DNA of 64,000 nucleotides from Candidatus Eiseniibacteriota bacterium. GTDB lineage: Bacteria > Eisenbacteria > RBG-16-71-46. Shown piece by piece: positions 31,378 through 39,531 of this stretch (the first letter of the stretch is position 1; every line of letters starts with the position of its first letter). The notes below the pieces were generated by a model that saw only the letters and a program-made list of their open reading frames with translations, was not told where the DNA came from and made no database searches. The stretch covers positions 2,656,001 to 2,720,000 of the forward strand of contig OY970178.1 of the NCBI GenBank assembly GCA_963707915.1. Reading direction: 5' to 3'. Made by a program: the position numbers and the translations under genes.

Positions 31378-31836
31378 TCAACTCGCGGCAGCGAGATCCT
31401 CGTCCAGGGTATGCAGCGCGCGGAGTCTTCCACGCACCTTTTCGACCCTCGCCCCGCTCACCGTTTCCACCGAGTACGGCTCGTCCCAGATCAGGTTCCC
31501 CCGCAGCCAGACCCTCAGCTCCGGGTAGGCCTGGAGGAGGGCGAGGCCGGTCCGTCCCTTGAGCTGGCGGACCGCGCTCGCGACACTCTGGGTGGGGCTC
31601 AGCCCGAGCATCAGGTGGACGTGCTGAGGCGCCGCCGCGAACTCCACCAGGGCGAAGTCGAGGTCGTCGCAGGACCGCTGGATCAGGTCGCGCAGGGTCC
31701 GGGCGTGGCGCTCCCTCAGCACCGGCCGGCGGCTCCGCGTACTCCAGGTGATCACGTAGTGGAGCTGGCTCCGGTAGACCGGCTCCCAGCGTCCGCGCAA
31801 CGCTTCATCGACCTCGGGGGCGAACTGGCTGTCCAT
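31378..31836 (-). CDS. IS200/IS605-family TnpA (Y1 HUH) homolog lacking the catalytic Tyr
   Basis: HYVITWSTRSRRPVL, HVH, VRQLKG, W...YSVETV; KVRGRLRAL where YIxxQ is expected; AGGAGG RBS at 31844-31849. Confidence 0.85.
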   Translation of the reverse strand: MDSQFAPEVDEALRGRWEPVYRSQLHYVITWSTRSRRPVLRERHARTLRDLIQRSCDDLDFALVEFAAAPQHVHLMLGLSPTQSVASAVRQLKGRTGLALLQAYPELRVWLRGNLIWDEPYSVETVSGARVEKVRGRLRALHTLDEDLAAAS

Positions 31837-31852
31837 GTTCCTGCCTCCTGTC

Positions 31853-31872
31853 TACTGAACATGCGTGCAGTA
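31853..31872. promoter_or_regulatory. Putative LexA (SOS) box upstream of the tnpA-like gene
   Basis: TACTGAACATGCGTGCAGTA palindrome; 18/20 identical to the lexA-upstream copy. Confidence 0.8.
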
Positions 31873-31972
31873 TGCCGTCACAGTTATTGATGCCCTTCGA
31901 TGCTTGGGGGTTCACCCGATCGCGCGCGCCAGCGGTTCCCGGACGACGGGAGCCGGGGCCGGCCGCGGCCTC

Positions 31973-32572
31973 CTAGCCGCCCACCGTCCGCAGCACGCCG
32001 GTGACCACGCCGAGGATGCGGAAGTCCTGGTCGCCGGTCACCTGGATGGGCTGGTACTTCTCGTTCGCCGGCACCAGCTCGATCCTGCCATTCCGAGGCT
32101 GGTAGTACTTGACCGTGGCCTCGTCGCCGATCAGGGCCACGACCATCGCGCCGGGCTTCGCCTGGTCCCGCTGCCGCACGATGACCACGTCGCCCTCGAG
32201 GATGCCGGCGTCCACCATGCTGTCTCCCCGCACCCGCAGGGCGAACAAGTCGCCGGAGTCGCCGAACACCTGGCCCAGCTCGAGGCGGTCCTCGATGCAC
32301 TCCTCGGCCAGGATGGGCTGGCCCGCGGCGACGCGGCCGAGCAGCGGGATGCCGGCGGCCTGCCCGACCGAGGCCAGGCTGCAGCCGCGCGAGACTCCGC
32401 CGCGGTGCTTCAGGTAGCCGGCCTTCTCGAGCATGCTCAGGTAGTAACGGACCCCGTTGGTCGAAGAGATGCCGAAGGCCTTCCCGATCTCGCGGATCGT
32501 GGGGGGCATGTCGTGCTTGTGCTGGAAGCTCCGGATGTAGGACAGGATCTCTCGCGCTCGGTCGTTCAACAT
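31973..32572 (-). CDS. lexA: SOS transcriptional repressor LexA
   Basis: PPTIREIG HTH, RVAAG cleavage site, GDSM (Ser) and ATVK (Lys). Confidence 0.96.
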   Translation of the reverse strand: MLNDRAREILSYIRSFQHKHDMPPTIREIGKAFGISSTNGVRYYLSMLEKAGYLKHRGGVSRGCSLASVGQAAGIPLLGRVAAGQPILAEECIEDRLELGQVFGDSGDLFALRVRGDSMVDAGILEGDVVIVRQRDQAKPGAMVVALIGDEATVKYYQPRNGRIELVPANEKYQPIQVTGDQDFRILGVVTGVLRTVGG

Positions 32573-32621
32573 GACTCGCGCCTCCGGTTGGCCTCGTCCA
32601 CCATGGACGTCGACGCACGGC

Positions 32622-32651
32622 AACGTACTGCACAAGCGTGCAGTATGTCAA
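32622..32651 (-). promoter_or_regulatory. lexA sigma70 promoter with embedded LexA box (32626-32645)
   Basis: Minus strand TTGACA-N18-TACGTT; spacer occupied by TACTGCACGCTTGTGCAGTA. Confidence 0.82.
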
Positions 32652-33271
32652 GGGTCGAATTTCCGCCCGGAATCAGCGGGAAAGTCGGCGATCCCGTGCA
32701 CGGTGGCGACGCCCCGTGCCTCCCGGCGACGGCACGCCGAAGCGCAGCGCGCACCGGGCCGGGGACGTCCATCGGCGGACGCGAGGTGGCACGGCGTGGA
32801 CGGTCGCCCTCGGTGGACGTCCGCGCACCGGACGCTGCCATGGCGTCCGCACCCGCGAAAGACGCGGGTTCGCGCATCCTCCCCGCCCGGTCCGCGTGTT
32901 GGTCCGCGCCTTGCGATGCGTCGAGGCCGAGGTCGCAAGACCTCTGCAAGAGAAGCGGGGAGCGGGGGCCGGACCCGTGGAGGTTGGCCGCAATCGGGGG
33001 CCGGTCGGCTGAAGCGGTCCGCCCCGCCACCTCGTGGATCGAGCAGGACGCGCCGGCCCGGCACCACCTGACCGTGGAGCCGGGCTCCGTCCTTTCCTGG
33101 TGACGGCCCGGACCACCCGGAACTCGTTGGTGCCGTGACGGATGGCCCGGCCGTCCAACCGCTCGAGCCTCAAGTCGCCAGAGCGCCTACCGACACTACT
33201 ACGAGCAGGATTCGCGATCGCGCACCTCAGGCGATCCCGGGCAGGGGGACGGTCCCCAGTTGGAGGGCACG

Positions 33272-33805
33272 ATGAACAGGTACAAGAGCTTCGTCATTCC
33301 CGTGCTGGGCGCGTTGCTCGCCCTGCTCGTGACGTCCACGGTGGCGATGGCCCAGCAGGACAACGCCACCGCGTCGGCGACGCCCGCCGGCGCGACGATC
33401 GCCGCCGCGATCACCATCGTACACACCGCCCACCTGCACTTCGGGCAGATCGTCGCCGGGGTGGGCGCGGGCACCGTGGAGCAGACGGCGGCCGCCAGCC
33501 CCACGCGCACCGCGACGGGCTGCACGCTCGGCAACACGACGGGCATGTCCCCCGCGACGTTCACCGTCGGGGGCGAGCCCAGCGCCACCTACGCCATCAC
33601 GCTGCCCGGCGACAGCGACGTGACGCTCACCGGGCCCGGCGATCCGATGGCCATCACCGCCTTCACCAGCAGTCCCAGTGGCACCGGTACGCTGAGTGGC
33701 GGAGGTACGCAGACGCTCTACGTGGGCGGCACGCTGAACGTGGGTGCGGCCCAGGTGGCGGGCGCGTACACCGGCACGTTCGATGTGACCGTGACGTACA
33801 ACTAG
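33272..33805 (+). CDS. DUF4402-like secreted pilin-type subunit
   Basis: Signal peptide; LHFG, LYVGGTLNV...GAYTGTFDVTVTYN C-terminal strand. Confidence 0.8.
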   Translation: MNRYKSFVIPVLGALLALLVTSTVAMAQQDNATASATPAGATIAAAITIVHTAHLHFGQIVAGVGAGTVEQTAAASPTRTATGCTLGNTTGMSPATFTVGGEPSATYAITLPGDSDVTLTGPGDPMAITAFTSSPSGTGTLSGGGTQTLYVGGTLNVGAAQVAGAYTGTFDVTVTYN

Positions 33806-33819
33806 CAGAGGAGACCGCC

Positions 33820-33845
33820 GCGCGGCCGCTCTCGGGCGGCTGCGC
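33820..33845 (+). terminator. Hairpin after the pilin gene (partial terminator or mRNA stabiliser)
   Basis: GCGCGGCCGCT/GGCGGCTGCGC stem (with G-U pairs), CTCG loop. Confidence 0.45.
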
Positions 33846-33867
33846 GCAACGGCCGTCTGGGCTTGAC

Positions 33868-34833
33868 ATGATGTCAGCCAGCAGCACGAGGCCCGGCCGG
33901 TACGCTGCAGCGATCCTGACGTGCATCGTGGGGATCGCGATGGCGACCGGCGCCTCGGGCGGATCCCAGGACGGGACGGAGGACGCCGCGGCAAGGACAG
34001 CCGCGGCCTTCTCCGATTCGGCGTTGTCCGTCGAACCGGCCACGCCCGCCGCCCCTGTGGTCCCCACGCTCGGCGGCCTGCTCGTGGCCCCGACGCGGCT
34101 GGTGTTCGAGGGCCGCCAGCGGACCGGCCAGCTGACGCTGGTCAACACCGGCACCCGGGACGCCACCTACCGCATCAGCCTCATCCGTCTTCGCATGACG
34201 GACGCCGGGGCCTTCCGCGAGGTGCAGGAGCCCGACAGCGCCGAGCAGTTCGCCGACACCCTGGTCCGCTTCTCGCCGCGCCGCGTCGAGTTGCCGCCCG
34301 GGACGCCGCAGACCGTGCGCCTGCAACTCCGCCTGCCGGCCGACCTGCCGCCGGGCGAGTACCGCTCGCACCTGCTCTTCCGCGCCGTCCCGGTCGACGC
34401 CCCGGAGGACTCGGTGAGCCCCGAGCCGGTCAAGGACCTGCAGTTGACGCTGCGCGCGGTGTACGGAGTGTCCATCCCCATCATCGTGCGTCACGGCGAG
34501 CTGACGGCGGGGGTGAGCCTCTCCGATGCGCGGGTCGAGTCGGTGCCGGGCGCGGAGCCGCCGACGCGGCTGGCGGTGACGCTCCACCGCAGCGGCGACC
34601 GCTCGGTGTACGGCGACCTCACCGCCGTGCTGGTGCGCGACGGCCAGCCCGACGTGGTGGTCGGCGTGGCCCGGGGGCTCGCGGTGTACACGCCGAACTC
34701 CCTGCGGACCTGCCTGCTGCCGCTGCGGCTGCCACCTTCCCTCGATCCGCGCGCGCGGCTGCGCGTGCGCTTCGATTCGGCGCCCGGGACCGGCGAGATC
34801 CCGCCCGCCGAGGCCAGTGTTGCCTTGCGCTGA
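33868..34833 (+). CDS. PapD-like pilus assembly chaperone
   Basis: LLVAPTRLVF, LVNTG, FSPRRVELPPG..QTVRL, GEYRSHLLF, SIPIIVR. Confidence 0.8.
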   Translation: MMSASSTRPGRYAAAILTCIVGIAMATGASGGSQDGTEDAAARTAAAFSDSALSVEPATPAAPVVPTLGGLLVAPTRLVFEGRQRTGQLTLVNTGTRDATYRISLIRLRMTDAGAFREVQEPDSAEQFADTLVRFSPRRVELPPGTPQTVRLQLRLPADLPPGEYRSHLLFRAVPVDAPEDSVSPEPVKDLQLTLRAVYGVSIPIIVRHGELTAGVSLSDARVESVPGAEPPTRLAVTLHRSGDRSVYGDLTAVLVRDGQPDVVVGVARGLAVYTPNSLRTCLLPLRLPPSLDPRARLRVRFDSAPGTGEIPPAEASVALR

Positions 34834-37800
34834 GTCCGCGACCGGGGCCGACCGCGGGCCCGGGCGCGCGACGCGTGCCCGCGACCGGTCCGGGCCGCCC
34901 CTCCTCCGCCAGGTCCTCGGGGTGTGCCTGGCCGCGGCGACGCTGTTCGCGGCGCCGTCCGGGCCGCGGGCCGCCGAGAGCGAGCTCGCCTTCGACGACG
35001 CGCGGGGCGTGGAGTTCACGCTGCTCGGGGTGCGGTTGGGCGGCATGGTGCTGAGCGAGGCCATGCCCTGCTACCAGACCGACGAAGGCACGCTCGTGCC
35101 GCTCGGCGCCCTCTCCGAGTTGCTCGGCCTGGCGATCGAGGTGGACCCGGCGCGCGGCGTGGCCGAGGGCTTCTTCATCCGCGAGGGCCGGCGTTTCGTG
35201 CTCGACACGCGCGCGCGGAGCGTGCGCGTCGAAGGCCGCGAACTGACCTACGACCCGCTGCGGATCCGGCCGGCGCGGCAGGACATCCTGGTGGAGACCG
35301 GGCTGCTGGCGACGTGGCTGCCGCTCGACCTGGCCGTGGAGCCCTACGACGGGATGCTGCGCGTGCGCCCACGCGAGACGCTGCCGCTGCAGCAGCGCTG
35401 GGAGCGGCAGCAGCGCCTCGGGCAGGGCCGGGAGCGCGTCGGCGCGTGGGCCCCGGCCGGGCCGCTCGCGCCGACCCCGCGCACCCTGTGGGACATGCCG
35501 TTCACCGACCAGACGCTCACCATCGGCAGCTCGCCGTCGGGCGCGCCCGCCGACCGGCTCTCGGTGCGGCACACCGCCTACCTGGTGACCGAGTTGCTCT
35601 ACAACGAGGTCGCGGCGCGGATGACCCAGGGCACCGGCACCGAGGGCATGGACCTGCACGCGCGCGCCGCACGCCGCGACCCGGACGGCGTCCTGCTCGG
35701 CCCGCTGCACGCGCGCGAGGTCGCCGGCGGCGAGATCGTCTTCCCGGGGCAGGACCTGGTGGCGCGGCCGGTCACCGGCGACGGCGTGATCGTCAGCAAC
35801 TTCCCGCTCTCGCAGCCGACCCAGTTCGACCAGCACACCTTCCAGGGCAGCCTGCCGCCCGGGTGGGAAGTGGAGCTCTATCGCAACGGCGCCATCATCG
35901 CCTACCAGCCGGCCGACGCCCGCGGCACCTACGCGTTCGAGAACGTCCCCCTGCTCTACGGGCGGAACGCGTTCCGGCGCGTGTTCTACGGCCCGCAGGG
36001 ACAGCGGCGCACCGAGAACGACGTGTTCGAGGTCGGCCGCGACCTCACGCCGCCGGGCCAGTCCCGGTACCGCATCGCCGCGTCGGGTGCCGGGAGCGAG
36101 CGGGAGCGCTCGATCGTCGAGTGGAGCCGCGGCCTCTCGAACCGGGTGTCGACCGGGGTGAACCTGGCGTCCCTCCGGCTCGGCGGCGCGACGCACCGCT
36201 ACGGAATGGCGGGGCTGAGCCTGCTCACCGGGCGCGTGCTCGGGCGCCTGTCGCTCGGTGGCGACGCCTCCGGCGGCCGCGTCGCCAGCGGCGACGTGCA
36301 GACGCGGCGCGCGGGGGTCGGGGTCCGCCTGCGGCACACGCGGGCCGACGGGTTCCACAGCGAGACGCTCAACGACGTCGCCCGCCGGCGCGAGATCAGC
36401 GCGTTGCGCGTGGACGCGGTGCTGCACCCGCCGCTGCTGCCGCGGCTCCCGCTGGTCGTGGAGTTCACGCACGACCGCGCGGACCGCACCGACGTCGCGG
36501 ACCAGGTGGTGGGACGGCTGGCCGGCTCGACCCGCGGGCTGTCGGTCTCGAACCAGGCCACCTGGATGCGCACGCGGAGCGCGGCGCAGCCGATGCGCGA
36601 GCGGGCCTCGGGCCAGCTGCTGGTCAACCGCCGCATGCGGCACCTCTCGCTCCGCGGCGAGCTGGAGTACCGCCTGGTCGGCCTGGATGACCCGGGCGCG
36701 GCGGCGCTGGTCGCCGACGTGCCCACCGGTCGCAACGCCCTGCTGAGCGCCAGCGTGCGGCGCGAGCTCGACTCGCGCCGGCTGTGCTACCAGGCCGGCT
36801 ACCAGCGCTCGGAGGGCCGGCTCGGCGTCGGCGTGCAGGGCAGCTTCATCCCGGGCGTCGGCCTCGCGTGCAACGTGCAGTTCACGCTCGGGCTCAACCG
36901 CGAACCGCGGGCGGGGACGTGGGCGCCGCACGCGCGGCCGGTCGCGGACGCCGGCGCGGTGTCGGCGGGCGTGTTCCTCGACCTGAACGGCAACGGCATC
37001 ATGGACGCGGGCGAGACCCCGATCGCGGACGCGGACCTGCTGCTGGAGAACGCCTCGGACCTGGGGCGCACCGACAGCGCCGGCGTGGCGTTCGTGAGCA
37101 ACCTGGCCGGGGACCGGCCCATGAACCTGAACGTCGCCGCGGCGTCGCTCGCGGACCCGCAGTGGATCCTCGAGCCCGCGGCGGTGCAGATCGTGCCGCG
37201 CGCCGGCAAGGTGTCGCGGGTGGACTTCGCCGTGCTGCTCTCGGGCGAGGTGGCGGGCACTGTGCGCGCCCACAGCGCCGCCGGCGTGCTCCCGGCCGGG
37301 GGCGTCACCGTCGAGCTGGTGCCGGTGGACGCCACGCGCGCGGCCCGCGTCACGCGCAGCGACTACGACGGCTTCTACAACTTCGCCGAGCTGCGGCCCG
37401 GGTCCTACACGCTGCGCATCCCCGAGGCGGTGACGCAGCACCGCGGCCTCGCACGGGTGCGCGAGATCCCGGTGGTCATCGACCACAGCGGCCCCGTGCT
37501 GGACGGCGTGGACTTCCTGCTGGAGGCGCCGACCGCGGTGGCGGCCGCCGCTCCGGCGGACCTGTCCGCCGGGCCCGTCGCGATGTCCGCCGGGGCGGCG
37601 CCGGTCGCCACCGCGGCGCGAAGCGCCGGGCCGGTCACGATCGCGGCCGCGCCGGGCGCGACGCCCGCCGCCCCGGCCGCCGCCGCGCGGGCGGTGGCCC
37701 CCGCGCCCGCTCGCGAGCCGCGTCACGCCGGGCCCCCGCCCGCCGGGACGCGCCGCCAGGTGACGCTTGCGTCCGCGGCCGCGCACCCGCCGGCCGCGCG

Positions 37801-37969
37801 GCCGGCCATGGTCGCTCCGCGGCCCGGCAGGTCCGGGGCGAAGGCCGTCCTCGCGCCGGTCGCGCGCCCGGTCCCCGCGGCCCCGCCGGCGCGCCGCGAG
37901 GGCCTGCTCGAGATGCTCTTGCGCATCGTCAGGACCGCCGTGAAGCGCGTCTTCCACGCCGGCGGTTAG
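34817..37969 (+). CDS. Usher-like outer-membrane protein with SdrD/carboxypeptidase-regulatory-like domains and Ala/Pro tail
   Basis: GWEVELYRNG, YGPQGQ, FLDLNGNGIMDAGE, SDYDGFYNF; start uncertain. Confidence 0.7.
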   Translation: MLPCAESATGADRGPGRATRARDRSGPPLLRQVLGVCLAAATLFAAPSGPRAAESELAFDDARGVEFTLLGVRLGGMVLSEAMPCYQTDEGTLVPLGALSELLGLAIEVDPARGVAEGFFIREGRRFVLDTRARSVRVEGRELTYDPLRIRPARQDILVETGLLATWLPLDLAVEPYDGMLRVRPRETLPLQQRWERQQRLGQGRERVGAWAPAGPLAPTPRTLWDMPFTDQTLTIGSSPSGAPADRLSVRHTAYLVTELLYNEVAARMTQGTGTEGMDLHARAARRDPDGVLLGPLHAREVAGGEIVFPGQDLVARPVTGDGVIVSNFPLSQPTQFDQHTFQGSLPPGWEVELYRNGAIIAYQPADARGTYAFENVPLLYGRNAFRRVFYGPQGQRRTENDVFEVGRDLTPPGQSRYRIAASGAGSERERSIVEWSRGLSNRVSTGVNLASLRLGGATHRYGMAGLSLLTGRVLGRLSLGGDASGGRVASGDVQTRRAGVGVRLRHTRADGFHSETLNDVARRREISALRVDAVLHPPLLPRLPLVVEFTHDRADRTDVADQVVGRLAGSTRGLSVSNQATWMRTRSAAQPMRERASGQLLVNRRMRHLSLRGELEYRLVGLDDPGAAALVADVPTGRNALLSASVRRELDSRRLCYQAGYQRSEGRLGVGVQGSFIPGVGLACNVQFTLGLNREPRAGTWAPHARPVADAGAVSAGVFLDLNGNGIMDAGETPIADADLLLENASDLGRTDSAGVAFVSNLAGDRPMNLNVAAASLADPQWILEPAAVQIVPRAGKVSRVDFAVLLSGEVAGTVRAHSAAGVLPAGGVTVELVPVDATRAARVTRSDYDGFYNFAELRPGSYTLRIPEAVTQHRGLARVREIPVVIDHSGPVLDGVDFLLEAPTAVAAAAPADLSAGPVAMSAGAAPVATAARSAGPVTIAAAPGATPAAPAAAARAVAPAPAREPRHAGPPPAGTRRQVTLASAAAHPPAARPAMVAPRPGRSGAKAVLAPVARPVPAAPPARREGLLEMLLRIVRTAVKRVFHAGG

Positions 37970-38008
37970 CGGCTGGGGGCCGGGCTCGGCTACTCTGCGG
38001 CCAGCGCC

Positions 38009-38929
38009 ATGAGCTCCGCCACCCCCTCCATCCGCCCGCTGGCCCGGCTGCGCACCTACGCCTCGTTCGTGCGCTTCGAGCACACGCTCTTCACCCTGCC
38101 GCTCATCCTGGCGGGCATCTTCAGCGCGCCCCGGCCGGCGATGGGCGCCGGGCGGTGGCTGCTGATCGCGCTCGCCGCGGTCGGGGCGCGCACCACCGCG
38201 ATGTCGCTCAACCGGCTCATCGACCGGCGGCTGGACGCGCTCAACCCGCGCACCCGGGTGCGCGAGCTGCCGAGCGGGAAGATGAAGCCGGCCGAGGCCT
38301 GGGGACTGCTGGCCGCGGCGCTGGCCGCGTACGCCGTGGCCTGCTGGGCGCTCGACCCGGCCGGGTTCCTCTACCTGAAGCTGGCGGCGATCCCCATCGT
38401 GGTCTTCACGCTCTACCCCTACGCGAAACGCTTCACGCCCTTCTGCCATCTCGGGGTCGGCGCCGGGATGGGGCTGGCCCCGGTCGCGGGCTACGTCGCG
38501 GCGCACCCGGACCTGGCGCACCCGTTCGCCGCGCTCTGGCTGGGCGCCTTCACGCTCGCGTGGGGGAGCGGCTTCGACATCATCTACTCGACCCTCGACG
38601 AGGAGTCCGACCGCGCGAACCGGGTGCGCTCGATGGTGGTGTGGCTCGGGCGCAGGCGTGCGCTCGAGGTCTCCGCGTGGCTGCACCGCGCCGCCCAGCT
38701 CTGCCTGGTGCCGATGATCGCGCAGGTGATGATCGCCGCCGGACAGCCCTTGTCGTCCTTCGCGGCGTTCCCGGCGTTCTTCGTCTGGGCGGGCGTCGGT
38801 GTGCTGCTGTACCTCGAGCAGAAGTGGGCGGAGGACGTGAACCTCGCCTTCTTCCAGGTGAACGTCTGGGTGAGCGCGGTGGTGCTCGCCCTGGTGCTGG
38901 TGACCCGCGCGACGGGCGGAGGCTTCTGA
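38009..38929 (+). CDS. UbiA-family prenyltransferase (MqnP-like)
   Basis: FEHTLFTLP, NRLIDRRLDALNPRT, YPYAKRFT, GFDIIYS. Confidence 0.9.
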   Translation: MSSATPSIRPLARLRTYASFVRFEHTLFTLPLILAGIFSAPRPAMGAGRWLLIALAAVGARTTAMSLNRLIDRRLDALNPRTRVRELPSGKMKPAEAWGLLAAALAAYAVACWALDPAGFLYLKLAAIPIVVFTLYPYAKRFTPFCHLGVGAGMGLAPVAGYVAAHPDLAHPFAALWLGAFTLAWGSGFDIIYSTLDEESDRANRVRSMVVWLGRRRALEVSAWLHRAAQLCLVPMIAQVMIAAGQPLSSFAAFPAFFVWAGVGVLLYLEQKWAEDVNLAFFQVNVWVSAVVLALVLVTRATGGGF

Positions 38930-38930
38930 G

Positions 38931-39485
38931 ATGGCGCGTTACCTGATCGGCATGACCGGCGCCTCGGGCATCGTCCACGGCGTGGACTTCGTGCGCCGCT
39001 GCCCGGGCGAGAAGTTCCTGGTGCTCTCGGACTGGGCGAAGCACGTGCTGCGCGACGAGACCGGGCTCGCGCCCGCGGACCTCGCGCCGCACGTGAAGGG
39101 GACGTTCGCGGACACCGACCTGGCCGCGCCCTTCTCCTCGGGCAGCAACCGCTACGACGCCTTCGTCATCCTGCCCTGCACCGTCTCGACCATGTCGAAG
39201 ATCGCCGCCGGCATCGCCGACTCGCTCATCACCCGTGCGGCCGCCGTGGCGCTCAAGGAGCGCATGCGGCTGGTCGTCTGCGTGCGCGAGACGCCGCTCT
39301 CGGGCATCGCGCTCGAGAACCTGCTCAAGCTCTCGCGCGAGGGCGTCGTCGTGATGCCGGTCTCGCCGCCCTGGTACGGGCGGCCGCAGCAGCTGGACGA
39401 ACTGGTGAGCGGCTTCACCGACAAGCTGCTGGCCCTGCTGGGCGAGGCGGCCGGGTCCGCGTGGCGCGAGGAGGAGCTGGAGTGA
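38931..39485 (+). CDS. ubiX: Flavin prenyltransferase
   Basis: GMTGASG, SSGS, PCTVSTMSKIA, RAAAVALKE, RETPL. Confidence 0.93.
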   Translation: MARYLIGMTGASGIVHGVDFVRRCPGEKFLVLSDWAKHVLRDETGLAPADLAPHVKGTFADTDLAAPFSSGSNRYDAFVILPCTVSTMSKIAAGIADSLITRAAAVALKERMRLVVCVRETPLSGIALENLLKLSREGVVVMPVSPPWYGRPQQLDELVSGFTDKLLALLGEAAGSAWREEELE

Positions 39486-39531
39486 GCCGGCCGCCCTGCG
39501 ACGCCGGCCGGCCCGCGCGCGGGCGGGCCGC

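Noticed and set aside
31378..31836. Active IS200/IS605 element
   Set aside because: Catalytic Tyr absent, no tnpB, no convincing end hairpins; a host-type operator sits upstream
34619..38686. Very long antisense or alternate-frame ORFs (also 44269-48558, 22191-25925, 3495-6269)
   Set aside because: Shadow ORFs of high-GC coding DNA overlapping well-supported genes, with no motifs
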